DNA from: a virus
Length of the DNA: 42,016 bases
Virus record (IMG/VR): IMGVR_UViG_3300022690_000657
Location: 1-42,016 of that record
Reading direction: 5' to 3' (one strand)
Each line of letters opens with the position of its first letter. Positions within the stretch are counted from its first letter, which is position 1. The notes below the pieces were generated by a model. The model made no database searches. It saw nothing but the letters and a program-made list of their open reading frames with translations, and was not told the DNA's origin. Made by a program: the position numbers and the translations under genes. Positions 23,810 through 32,528 of the stretch are shown one piece after another.

Positions 23810-25205
23810 TCATCAACTTAGAAAAAGCGGTCTGGTGAGGCGAAACAACCCGGAACTTAAAATTAAATAATTTATCAACATAGCCTAACCGCCTAGCGAT
23901 AAAACGCTTGTCGTATTCAAATTGATCGCTCTCAGTGACTGCATGTTCCTTACCATAAGTTACACCATTGTAAGATAAGGACACAAATACTGTGACTTCA
24001 CCAGATGAAAACCCGGGTATCGTATCAAGCTCCAGTTCATTAATACTAGATGACTCGATATTGACTATATTAGTGAAAAATATATTTTCTGATTGGTCGC
24101 CATATTGATTATTAGTTGTGTTATCTAGAAATCCAAGCCTACCATCTATATCATCGCCGTAAATCCATTTAGCCGCTCTTGGGTCAAATACACCATTCCT
24201 ACCACGCCAGGGCGTATCACCCGTAACACTAGATTTAACGATAGTCCATGCACGTTCAATGCCGAATTTTTGGAATATTGTTAAATCAAATAATAGTGTG
24301 TCACGCAATAATCTAACGTATAGATATTTTTCCCTTTCTTCAACTCTCGCTTCAAGCACCGCTTGGCGTAACTCGCTTTCTGTATAAGTTGCTAAAATTT
24401 TATCGATTTCACGGGAGGCTACAGTTTCTTCGCGACCACTTGTTAATACATGGATACTCGGACTCTCTTCTTTACGACCGCCTAGTATAAATATGCGACC
24501 ATCTAATTCAGCTTTGCAGTTTGTACCAACAATTCCGACTTTAACTGATTTACCCCTGATCCGCTCAAAACGGAACCTACCTGCAATTGATGATCCAGTA
24601 TCACGAAACCATTCGGCTGAATATCGATTAAGCACAACGACTTGATTTTGTATGTTCTTGAGTAGCCCCCATGTTCTATCGGGGGAGAATTCGGCAGTAG
24701 CAAAAGTGAGTGGGTCGATAGCGAATTCAGAATCTGCTCTAGTATGGTAAACCGTTTCACCATCTGTAAGAAAATAAACTCCGTTAATCCATACACAATC
24801 TATTGGAGATCCAAGGTTTGGATCGACAACTTCTTGTAATATAGTTCCATCAAATAGCCAGAAACGAGTATCAGCAATGATTCCTTGCGTGGTAAATGAG
24901 TAAGGTAGAATAGCTTGTTCAGAACCTGAAATAACACCTAATGTGGTTGTTGCGCCATCAGTGTCAACCAATATTAAAGCTTCACCTGATATTCTTAAGT
25001 GATTTCGTTGACGCTCGTTGTAAATCCCCCCACGGTCAATACCGACACCAGTACCAAAAGCAGTAATGCCGGGATGAGATAAGAGATATCCTTTTGCGCC
25101 TTTAATCTTGCGCTCAACTAAAGTGTAATTAATAGGCAACTGGTCACGGTAATCAGTTTCTGACCCGTGTTCATCGCCTAACCCGATTGGGATTGGAAGT
25201 TCCAT
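23796..25205 (-). CDS. Tail hub protein, P22 gp10-like
   Basis: DYRDQLPINY...GYLLSHPGIT at the N-terminus and YNGVTYGKEH...FEYDKRFIARRLGYV..FNFKFRV at the C-terminus parallel P22 gp10. The size is 469 aa against 472 aa. Confidence 0.6.
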   Translation of the reverse strand: MELPIPIGLGDEHGSETDYRDQLPINYTLVERKIKGAKGYLLSHPGITAFGTGVGIDRGGIYNERQRNHLRISGEALILVDTDGATTTLGVISGSEQAILPYSFTTQGIIADTRFWLFDGTILQEVVDPNLGSPIDCVWINGVYFLTDGETVYHTRADSEFAIDPLTFATAEFSPDRTWGLLKNIQNQVVVLNRYSAEWFRDTGSSIAGRFRFERIRGKSVKVGIVGTNCKAELDGRIFILGGRKEESPSIHVLTSGREETVASREIDKILATYTESELRQAVLEARVEEREKYLYVRLLRDTLLFDLTIFQKFGIERAWTIVKSSVTGDTPWRGRNGVFDPRAAKWIYGDDIDGRLGFLDNTTNNQYGDQSENIFFTNIVNIESSSINELELDTIPGFSSGEVTVFVSLSYNGVTYGKEHAVTESDQFEYDKRFIARRLGYVDKLFNFKFRVVSPHQTAFSKLMIDHD

Positions 25206-25281
25206 ATAATCAGCCTATATGTTTATATAGACCGATTATACCGTATTATCTCTTTCGTTTCATTTTCTTAATTTTACTGAA

Positions 25282-26685
25282 TTATCTTGTGACAAATGAT
25301 ACTTCTTCAATAGTTAGATTATCACTAGTACTCACACCCTTTACTTGTATTTTAACTTTGTCTCCTGTAACTAACGAGACAGTTCCAAGTATCATCTTTG
25401 CTGATAATGCTGTTTTTATCTCAAATGACGCAATTGGAGCACCTGCAGGAATAATTCCGTTAACTGCAATAGTGAAAGTATATTTTGCAGTTGCTCCAGA
25501 TTTAAGTCCACCTATTCCTACGATAATTGTTGGGTCAAACGCTTCGCTACCAATATATGTTAATTCACCTGTTACAGTATTAGAATAAGTGAATCTTTCG
25601 ATTAATGCGCCTGCACTAGAACCTGTTACATTTATATCTTGAAAGGTATCTGGTGATGCTATTGTTGTAAGCGCTGAACTTCCGGCAATATCCCATTCAC
25701 CAAGTTTAACGCTATTCTTAACACCTTTATTGCCATCAACCTCCATTCTTAAATCTTTTTCAGTAATCGATGTACCATCTAAAAAGTTTGCAGGCGTGTC
25801 TATTAAATTCCTAGCCATTAATGCTGCTTTAGTTGTAGGAAAAGTAGAATCGATATGTACAAAAGACCCAAATGCATCATTATTATAGAGGTTATCAACT
25901 ATTTGAACATTGCCTGCGCCAGCTCCAGAAATATCAAAGAAAGTTAGAGTATTACCGTCTAAAGCTAGTACTAAACAACCTTGGAAAGTATGTGATAAAC
26001 AATCGACCAAAGTAAAACCATTATCTATTACTTCATACAATACACCAGGACTAAATAAATCTGTAAGGCCCGTCAATGTTCCCATGCTACTATAGCGCTT
26101 AAAGTCTGGGAATTTAAGTGAAAGAATTCCACCAGTAATATCAAACGCTGTAGCATTCTCATTACCATTAAAAACAACGTCAAGGGCAGAAAAATTTACA
26201 TTTGTTCCTTGGAATTGTGCACCTATCGCACCACCTGTATATGTTAATGTATTAATAGTTCTATTAGTGGTTAATAGCTGGAACGCCTTGCCAGTTGGAT
26301 GAATAAAAGGCAAAGTCTGAGTGACAGGTTTTTGTAAAACAAAAGTAGTATCTCCTATGACATCAATTTTAACACCTGCTGTAACAGTGCCAAAATTACT
26401 TTCATCTGTAACATAAACCACATTTGAAGGCGCTGGAATATCTGTAGTATTTTGCAGTGCCGTCCCATCACTTTGAATTTCTCCATTCCACAAACCATCG
26501 GAGCACTTGCATGATACAAGTGAGCCAAACCAATTATCAGGATCTTGGGATACAAAGCGACTTTGCGCAAAATAACCGACCACCTGAGTTTCTGCAATGG
26601 TATCGCTTGTTTCGTAGACGTATTGATTGAATATTCCGCGTGATTGAGCGGTTGCGATTTCTAGCTTGAATTGTGCAAACGGCAT
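25282..26685 (-). CDS. Beta-rich structural-type protein inserted between the gp4-like and gp10-like genes
   Basis: 467-aa ORF with its own promoter motif and a 134-nt leader. Its composition resembles fibre or beta-helix proteins. Confidence 0.55.
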   Translation of the reverse strand: MPFAQFKLEIATAQSRGIFNQYVYETSDTIAETQVVGYFAQSRFVSQDPDNWFGSLVSCKCSDGLWNGEIQSDGTALQNTTDIPAPSNVVYVTDESNFGTVTAGVKIDVIGDTTFVLQKPVTQTLPFIHPTGKAFQLLTTNRTINTLTYTGGAIGAQFQGTNVNFSALDVVFNGNENATAFDITGGILSLKFPDFKRYSSMGTLTGLTDLFSPGVLYEVIDNGFTLVDCLSHTFQGCLVLALDGNTLTFFDISGAGAGNVQIVDNLYNNDAFGSFVHIDSTFPTTKAALMARNLIDTPANFLDGTSITEKDLRMEVDGNKGVKNSVKLGEWDIAGSSALTTIASPDTFQDINVTGSSAGALIERFTYSNTVTGELTYIGSEAFDPTIIVGIGGLKSGATAKYTFTIAVNGIIPAGAPIASFEIKTALSAKMILGTVSLVTGDKVKIQVKGVSTSDNLTIEEVSFVTR

Positions 26686-26806
26686 GTAATCTCCTTGGGA
26701 TAGAGCTCATCCTTGAGCGACGGAGTACATGGCGGAATTTCTACGGTTATGACGGAAAATTGTTGCGTCGACGTCAACGACTCGGGGTTCCGTCAACCCC
26801 TGCACG
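26686..26806 (-). promoter_or_regulatory. Structured, visibly GC-richer 5' leader with mutually exclusive pairings
   Basis: Hairpin GGGGTT-gacgg-AACCCC (26784-26800). TGACGGAA (26750-26757) is complementary to TTCCGTCA (26788-26795), which overlaps that hairpin. Confidence 0.4.
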
Positions 26807-26807
26807 C

Positions 26808-26816
26808 ATTGTAACA
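26808..26816 (-). promoter_or_regulatory. Extended -10 element TGTTACAAT (second copy of GTGTTACAATG)
   Basis: It lies 3 nt after the stop of the gp4-like gene, read on the minus strand. Confidence 0.45.
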
Positions 26817-26819
26817 CTA

Positions 26820-27575
26820 TTATATCGTATTGTTAGGTAAAATATTAAAATTAACAATACGGACGTCTTTATTGAAAGGTGTTGATAAATCAGTAATTAT
26901 TTGTATGGTTGCGAATTGCGCTCCCGTAACTTGAGATAAAACTGTAAACGAAACTTCTTTCCCATCTGAACTAATGACCGGCGCTACAATTTGTCTCAAA
27001 CCATCGGTAAAGGTGACGATTACACTGGTTATTATCTCTAATTCTTCTAGCTCATCTAACCAAGACTCAGTTACTTTCTCAACCGTGTTAAGAGGCATTT
27101 GGACTGTATCGCATGATATAGGTGCAGGCTTGCTTTCGTGCGTGAAGCGCCTTAAATGGTTCCATCTGAACGTGTTTCCACTACCTCGAGCCATACGTCT
27201 AGGGTAAACCATCTCGTTAACTACGGCGACTGCTCCGCTTGCTGTGGATAAGGCGCTAACTGCCTGTTTGCGTAATAATATAAGTGAATCGTTATTAGAT
27301 GATTTTTTACCAAAGTCTGGGATCAGCCGCATGGCCAAATTAGTAGCCATCATGTAATTGAATTTTATGTCAATACCTGAGCTACTGGAGGGATCGGGCA
27401 ACTCTTCAAAAATGTATTCCATGCAAATGTTACGACCTTCAAATTCGGCCGCCATTTCTTCAAGGATAGTCAAAGCCCTTGCTTTTTCATCACCAGATGC
27501 ATCAACAGTAATACCACTTATCCTGATATGAGAATAAGCGTTGTTAATAAGTTCAGCTTTACTTGCTATCGCCAT
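26820..27575 (-). CDS. Head-to-tail adaptor, P22 gp4-like, with an extra C-terminal domain of about 100 aa
   Basis: LTILEEMAAEFEGR, NLAMRLIPDFG and YPRRMARGSGNTF parallel P22 gp4 LEAMMAEWYQDG, NLACRIAPDY and YPSRMPTGSGNSF. Confidence 0.6.
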   Translation of the reverse strand: MAIASKAELINNAYSHIRISGITVDASGDEKARALTILEEMAAEFEGRNICMEYIFEELPDPSSSSGIDIKFNYMMATNLAMRLIPDFGKKSSNNDSLILLRKQAVSALSTASGAVAVVNEMVYPRRMARGSGNTFRWNHLRRFTHESKPAPISCDTVQMPLNTVEKVTESWLDELEELEIITSVIVTFTDGLRQIVAPVISSDGKEVSFTVLSQVTGAQFATIQIITDLSTPFNKDVRIVNFNILPNNTI

Positions 27576-27888
27576 TTTGTTTTATCTCAATTTTAGCTTT
27601 TAGCTTTTCGATGCCCATATTATGCCAATTGGGGATACTAAGGTTTTTAGCCGTTAGACGAATATCATCATCGGATAACTCATCTTCATCATTGTCAAGT
27701 TCAACCTTAGGTTCTTCAACTTCGGTAGCTGCGGTAACTTCTTGAACTTCCTCAGATTCCTCTTCGGTAGAAACTTCTTCACATAAGGACTCTTCACGCG
27801 TTAAAAAATACCCATTACCTAAGTGTGCATCAAGGGTCTGTGGTGGTACTAAAACTCGTTCACCATCACGATATAGTATGACTGACAT
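27559..27888 (-). CDS. Acidic small head-associated protein
   Basis: 109-aa ORF immediately downstream of the coat gene. Confidence 0.55.
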   Translation of the reverse strand: MSVILYRDGERVLVPPQTLDAHLGNGYFLTREESLCEEVSTEEESEEVQEVTAATEVEEPKVELDNDEDELSDDDIRLTAKNLSIPNWHNMGIEKLKAKIEIKQNGDSK

Positions 27889-27920
27889 AATTATTTCCTA
27901 ATTTTTAGTTAGTTTAACAT

Positions 27921-27944
27921 AAAAACCCTCAACAAAGAGGGTTC
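27921..27944 (-). terminator. Intrinsic terminator after the coat gene (AACCCUC-uuuguu-GAGGGUU-UUUAU)
   Basis: 7-bp stem plus a U tract, read on the minus strand 34 nt after the coat stop. Confidence 0.6.
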
Positions 27945-27977
27945 TTATTTCTGCTTACTTGTTAACCTGGTTTCGCA

Positions 27978-29252
27978 TTATGCAGTTAATGCTACGCCGA
28001 CACGTCGTGGATCAGCAATTGTTACTCCAAACCAAGTGAATATACGGAACCTAAAGTTAAGGGTCGCAATATCACCATCATAAAGAATGTACATTTGCTG
28101 GCCGTTTGACATAGTAGTTGATACCACTTTCATTCCATCAAATTGCTTGAACAATTCAGCAGGAATGTTTCCGCCCAGCACTTCAACCGCATCCATATCC
28201 CAGAATAAATTAACTTTATTAGTTGCATCGGTATTTAAACGTTCAACAACTGCAGTATTTAAAATCTGAGTATCGATGTTAGCGTAAGCCAGCTCCGCAA
28301 CTGTAAGTCCTGGATCATCTGCCGCAATCGGCTTAGGGAAGACGGTAATGCTTGTACCGGTTGGTTTGGCAATGATTGTAAAAGTCATAGCCTGGCCAGT
28401 ATCAGTCTTATCATCTAGACCTACCGCAATTACATCGCCACCTGGGTTAGTGAACTTAATCTTATCGCCGACGTTGTAAGTTGCCGAAGCTGCTACCGGA
28501 ATAACTGCTTCACGATAATCGATGTTAGTCACTACCTTTGTAGTCGAGTTCACTGCACCACCTTCTGGCGCAAATGATTGATCGCCTGTTACGGTTGTGT
28601 CAGGACTTGCACCACCAACTAGATTAGGCAAGAAAGAACCGGTATATACATCAAATCCCGCTACATTCTGACCAATCTGACCCTTTGCCCAAGCCTCTTC
28701 TGGTCGACCTTGTAGTGTTTGACGTGCAGCCAAGTCACTAGAAAAGGTCAGCGTATCACGGTCATTCATCATGAAATAACGATCACTTTCGTAACCTTGT
28801 CGCTCATTCAATATGGCCTGACCTTCAGCAATAAACGGATAACCGCTCGTCGCTGATGAACTGTAGAACAATGAACCTTGTAAGAACATCGCTTGTACAA
28901 TCGCTTGGTTTAAGTTAGACGCTTGACGTCGACCTGATTGCTCACCTCGTCGCTTCCAATATTGCAGGTCACGGACTTGATCGGCTCGCTGGACAACAAA
29001 ATCATTCGCAGGCTCACCCAATACCGCTGGGTATGCTTCTTCGATAATATCTTGTTCTTGTCCAGAAATATCAAAACCGGTGATAATCGGTGCATGTTGT
29101 TGTGTTGGACGCCATACGACGTTTCCAGAAATCTGTAATTTGTCGCCATCAGGCTCGAAGAAATTGACCATAGGAAGCATTGACTGCTGGGACTCGTAAG
29201 TCTCCAAAGCATTTTCAAGCAATAATTCCACAATCTGTGTAGTTTGTGACAT
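27978..29252 (-). CDS. Major capsid (coat) protein, P22 gp5-like HK97 fold
   Basis: GEPANDFVVQRADQVRD, VAGFD, FPKPIAADDPGL, AYANIDT, FWDMDA and the C-terminal W.GV..ADPRRVGV parallel P22 coat. The size is 424 aa against 430 aa. Confidence 0.9.
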   Translation of the reverse strand: MSQTTQIVELLLENALETYESQQSMLPMVNFFEPDGDKLQISGNVVWRPTQQHAPIITGFDISGQEQDIIEEAYPAVLGEPANDFVVQRADQVRDLQYWKRRGEQSGRRQASNLNQAIVQAMFLQGSLFYSSSATSGYPFIAEGQAILNERQGYESDRYFMMNDRDTLTFSSDLAARQTLQGRPEEAWAKGQIGQNVAGFDVYTGSFLPNLVGGASPDTTVTGDQSFAPEGGAVNSTTKVVTNIDYREAVIPVAASATYNVGDKIKFTNPGGDVIAVGLDDKTDTGQAMTFTIIAKPTGTSITVFPKPIAADDPGLTVAELAYANIDTQILNTAVVERLNTDATNKVNLFWDMDAVEVLGGNIPAELFKQFDGMKVVSTTMSNGQQMYILYDGDIATLNFRFRIFTWFGVTIADPRRVGVALTA

Positions 29253-29265
29253 AGCTAGTTACCTT

Positions 29266-30345
29266 TTACCATTTGGATACGTCAATACCTTTGGCTTTGG
29301 CAGCGCGTTTTAAATCAATTCGCGTTTGCACGTCACCCATGGCAGCATCATATAGCTTTTTCTGCTTACCGCCGGAGCCGCTTGCCTTGTCGCCTTTCAA
29401 CTTAGTTGCAGGTTTTGGCGCATCACTTCGTTTTTTGTTTGCAGCTTGAGAGAATTTGTTTTGAATACCAGCTAGATACATAATTGCTGAGGCACCTGTT
29501 GGGTCACTAGAAACTTTACTAGAGAACTCATTCAATGCTTTAGCGTTATTACCTAAGTAGTACCAAACTTTCTCAGAGTCTGCACCATTGTTGTCTAATA
29601 GGGTTATAAATTGATCGGCAAGTGCATCGCCTGCTTTGGGTACGAAAGATTCAAGCGATTGCCTGATTTTCATATCACCTGCAAGCCATTTATCTTCAGT
29701 GATCTTTCCATCACCGATTAACGTTGCCGCTCTTTCTAAATGCCCTGTGACAGCTTTGTCGGTCTTCTGAATACTAGCTTGTTGCTGCGCTTCTTTAAGT
29801 CTCTGCTGCTGGAGAGTGTCAGTATGAGAGTTTAATTGTTTCTTAACTCTTAAGTCCTGCCATTCATCCATTCTTTGATTGTGCTTATCTTCATCAAAGT
29901 CAACGTCTTCCAACTTAGGTCGAGGGGGTAATACATCCTCGGTATTAGTGGGTGTGCTTGAGACCTTAAGCTCTGCAATCTTTGCTTCTAATTCATCAAT
30001 CCTAGAGGCTTTTTCCAAACCATCAAACTTAGCATCTTTAAGCTTACGCCTAAGTTTTGCTGCGCCTGGATTTGGTACAAAACCCTTCTTGCCGTCTTTG
30101 GAAACTTCATCATCTTCTGATTGCTGCCAGTCCTCTAATGCTTCTGGGTCGTCGCTTTCATCGTCATCGTCGCTTTCTTCCTCTTCAGGTTCAGCAACTT
30201 CGATATCTAGCTCTTCAACGTCGTCTGCCTCAATGGGCTCGTCCGTTTCAGGGTCGACTTCGATAAACTCATCTTTAACAGGTTCCTTAGTGGCTTCCCG
30301 TTCCTCAGCATTTTGAGCCTTCAGCTCTTCAAGAGATGTTCCCAT
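29266..30345 (-). CDS. Scaffolding protein
   Basis: It lies between portal and coat. Very acidic N-terminal third, coiled coil, basic C-terminal helix-turn-helix (RIDLKRAAKAKGIDVSKW). The ATG at 30345 follows GAGGAT. Confidence 0.75.
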   Translation of the reverse strand: MGTSLEELKAQNAEEREATKEPVKDEFIEVDPETDEPIEADDVEELDIEVAEPEEEESDDDDESDDPEALEDWQQSEDDEVSKDGKKGFVPNPGAAKLRRKLKDAKFDGLEKASRIDELEAKIAELKVSSTPTNTEDVLPPRPKLEDVDFDEDKHNQRMDEWQDLRVKKQLNSHTDTLQQQRLKEAQQQASIQKTDKAVTGHLERAATLIGDGKITEDKWLAGDMKIRQSLESFVPKAGDALADQFITLLDNNGADSEKVWYYLGNNAKALNEFSSKVSSDPTGASAIMYLAGIQNKFSQAANKKRSDAPKPATKLKGDKASGSGGKQKKLYDAAMGDVQTRIDLKRAAKAKGIDVSKW

Positions 30346-30455
30346 TTTCAATCCTCGTTTGGTAACGATAGCTATATGAAAAACCGCATATATTCGGTGC
30401 GCGTATAGTCTCGCCAGACGGTATTAGTATATGACAGGCGTAAAGCTAACGCAAA

Positions 30456-32528
30456 TCAGCGCTGACCAACCCTCTGTCTTAGGTCGTCGCCTCTAATCTT
30501 TTTAATGGTATCTACACGAACTCCAGCCGTTTGCGCCTTTTTCAAATCGATATTAACGCCGGCCTCTTGTGCTTTAATCATAACCTCGGCGCGTTTGGTT
30601 TCAGCATTGAATTGATCAACCTGCTTATCAATCATATTAGACTCAGCGTTCATTTGTTCGGCCTGCGCCTTACCCATTTCAGCTTGAGCGATTAGCATAT
30701 TCGGATCAGGTTGATTTTGCTGTGCTTGCTGCGATTGTTGAAGCATTGCTTTTTCTTCGTCCGTTTCTGGCTCTTTGATACCATCAAGTATTAATTGTTT
30801 CTTGGCATACTCTCGCATGTCAGAGAATGCAGCGCCCTCTTTCATTGACCAGAATAATAGCAATGCAGTCTTACGCATTGGGTCATCAGGCGGCATACTT
30901 CCAAGCATTTCGCGTAATTCTTCTCGGTCTTCTTCCTTTTGCGATTGGTAACTTGGTCCAATATCCGCGTAAACATCAAAGATATAACTGCTAATATCGT
31001 TTTTAACTTCTAGCTGTAATGTTTCAGGGTTGATTTCTTCCTGATTAATAGTTTCGGTCGTGCGAGTGCCATCGATTTTGGTAAGGTTTACTTCTTGCTC
31101 AGAATCATAGACCACTCTGGCCATTGATGCGTAAATCTCACCCTCTCGACGTAGCGCAGCCTTTAAATTATGCTGATAAGTGTACGATTGCATATCAAAA
31201 CGTTTCTGAAGTGCAATCAACGCTTTGCCTGATAAGTTAGTATCAGCAATATCTTGTGGTAAGTCTGAGCTAGCAACATCGTTAACCGCTTCACGCGACA
31301 TTTGTTGCGCCATCAATAGTGAGTCTGGCACCTTATGTTCGCCAGTGTTACCGATAGGTCCGGGCGGTAACACTTCATCACCTGCAGTGGTCTTATGCAT
31401 TAAGGCATAAGGGAATTGCTCGTCCGCGCCGCTCTCGTTATAAAATTTCTCAAAGCCTTGGATTTGTTCCTGATAGTAAATATTCTTTGCGAGCGGGCTT
31501 TTCGACACAATGTCAGCTAAATATGAGTTAACGAAATTACGCAATCTTTGCGGATCTTTGGCAAGCCTAACAATTCCTTCGTAATGCTCTTGTCCTTCGA
31601 CAAATGCTCGCTCTCCATACATCGGAATGACCGGGATATGTTCACCAGGTATAATGCTATGGTCTAAAATTTCATCGCCGCCACCGACAATATATAAACT
31701 AATTTCGTAGACTTCACGCTCTGACTCACTGATAAGCTCAAAGCCTTTGCCGTTCAAACCTTCAACCTCTTCTTCTTCAGGATCATCAACGAGCTTTTCA
31801 CTGCCCATCATGTCAGCAAAGACCATCGTCTTTATCTTGATTTTGTTTCGGTGAAAAAATCGCGTCACGTAATAAGTATCGCCATCATCAAGCCAAGGGA
31901 ATACATAGCTTTGTTCTGGAAAGGCAAATGAACTTGGCATAGCACTTATTTCAATGTCATCACCAGTTAAATCGTGTACTAAATCTTTGTATCCGTCAGC
32001 GCTATATGGTATAAGGCACGAAACAAAATCGGCGTCTGACTTGTCTTGTAGTTTTGCATTGGGATCCCAGAAAACATTGTTATTTGCTTCATTGAGTGGT
32101 TGACGTTTAATAACTTGCTTATCATCGCCAGCCCTTCTGCTTTTGTATTCGGTCTGCAATTCCCATGCACCATATCCACAAACAATAGTTTCAGTGGTTG
32201 CAGTTTCTCTCGCTTCAATCGCGGTATTATTTCTCATGTCGGTTCGATACATGCCATCGATTATTTCGGCACCATTAGGATCGGTATCATCAACTGGTTC
32301 GAAATCTACCTGAGTAGGATTTGATTTAATATTGGTAATTATTTGTCGACCGGCCTTTCGTAACATATCGAACTGGCCGCGATATTGAAGCGTTGAACCG
32401 CCGAGGTTAGTGTCATCCCATTGTGTTATCCAGTAGAACAGTAAATCATCTGCGGCTCGCTCTCTTGTTGTTTGCCCACGCTCAAAGGCTTTGTCGTGCA
32501 TATTCCTGATTTCAGTTACTGTTAGCAT
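30456..32528 (-). CDS. Portal protein, P22 gp1-like
   Basis: QWDD..LQYRGQFD, GMYRTDMRNNTA, DKSDA, GEHIPVIPMYGERAFVEGQEHYEGIVRLAKDPQRLRN, and a Gln-rich C-terminal barrel helix. Confidence 0.9.
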   Translation of the reverse strand: MLTVTEIRNMHDKAFERGQTTRERAADDLLFYWITQWDDTNLGGSTLQYRGQFDMLRKAGRQIITNIKSNPTQVDFEPVDDTDPNGAEIIDGMYRTDMRNNTAIEARETATTETIVCGYGAWELQTEYKSRRAGDDKQVIKRQPLNEANNNVFWDPNAKLQDKSDADFVSCLIPYSADGYKDLVHDLTGDDIEISAMPSSFAFPEQSYVFPWLDDGDTYYVTRFFHRNKIKIKTMVFADMMGSEKLVDDPEEEEVEGLNGKGFELISESEREVYEISLYIVGGGDEILDHSIIPGEHIPVIPMYGERAFVEGQEHYEGIVRLAKDPQRLRNFVNSYLADIVSKSPLAKNIYYQEQIQGFEKFYNESGADEQFPYALMHKTTAGDEVLPPGPIGNTGEHKVPDSLLMAQQMSREAVNDVASSDLPQDIADTNLSGKALIALQKRFDMQSYTYQHNLKAALRREGEIYASMARVVYDSEQEVNLTKIDGTRTTETINQEEINPETLQLEVKNDISSYIFDVYADIGPSYQSQKEEDREELREMLGSMPPDDPMRKTALLLFWSMKEGAAFSDMREYAKKQLILDGIKEPETDEEKAMLQQSQQAQQNQPDPNMLIAQAEMGKAQAEQMNAESNMIDKQVDQFNAETKRAEVMIKAQEAGVNIDLKKAQTAGVRVDTIKKIRGDDLRQRVGQR

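Noticed and set aside
25187-25588. 133-aa plus-strand ORF
   Set aside because: It is antisense to the 3' end of the 467-aa gene and spans the intergenic gap. Its composition is hydrophobic and low-complexity, there is no start context, and the strand is incoherent with the operon.
29879-30316. 145-aa Ser-rich plus-strand ORF (also 30057..30266)
   Set aside because: It is antisense to the acidic region of the scaffolding gene. Low-complexity Ser/Leu runs are the mirror image of the Glu/Asp codons. It has no RBS and is a shadow ORF.
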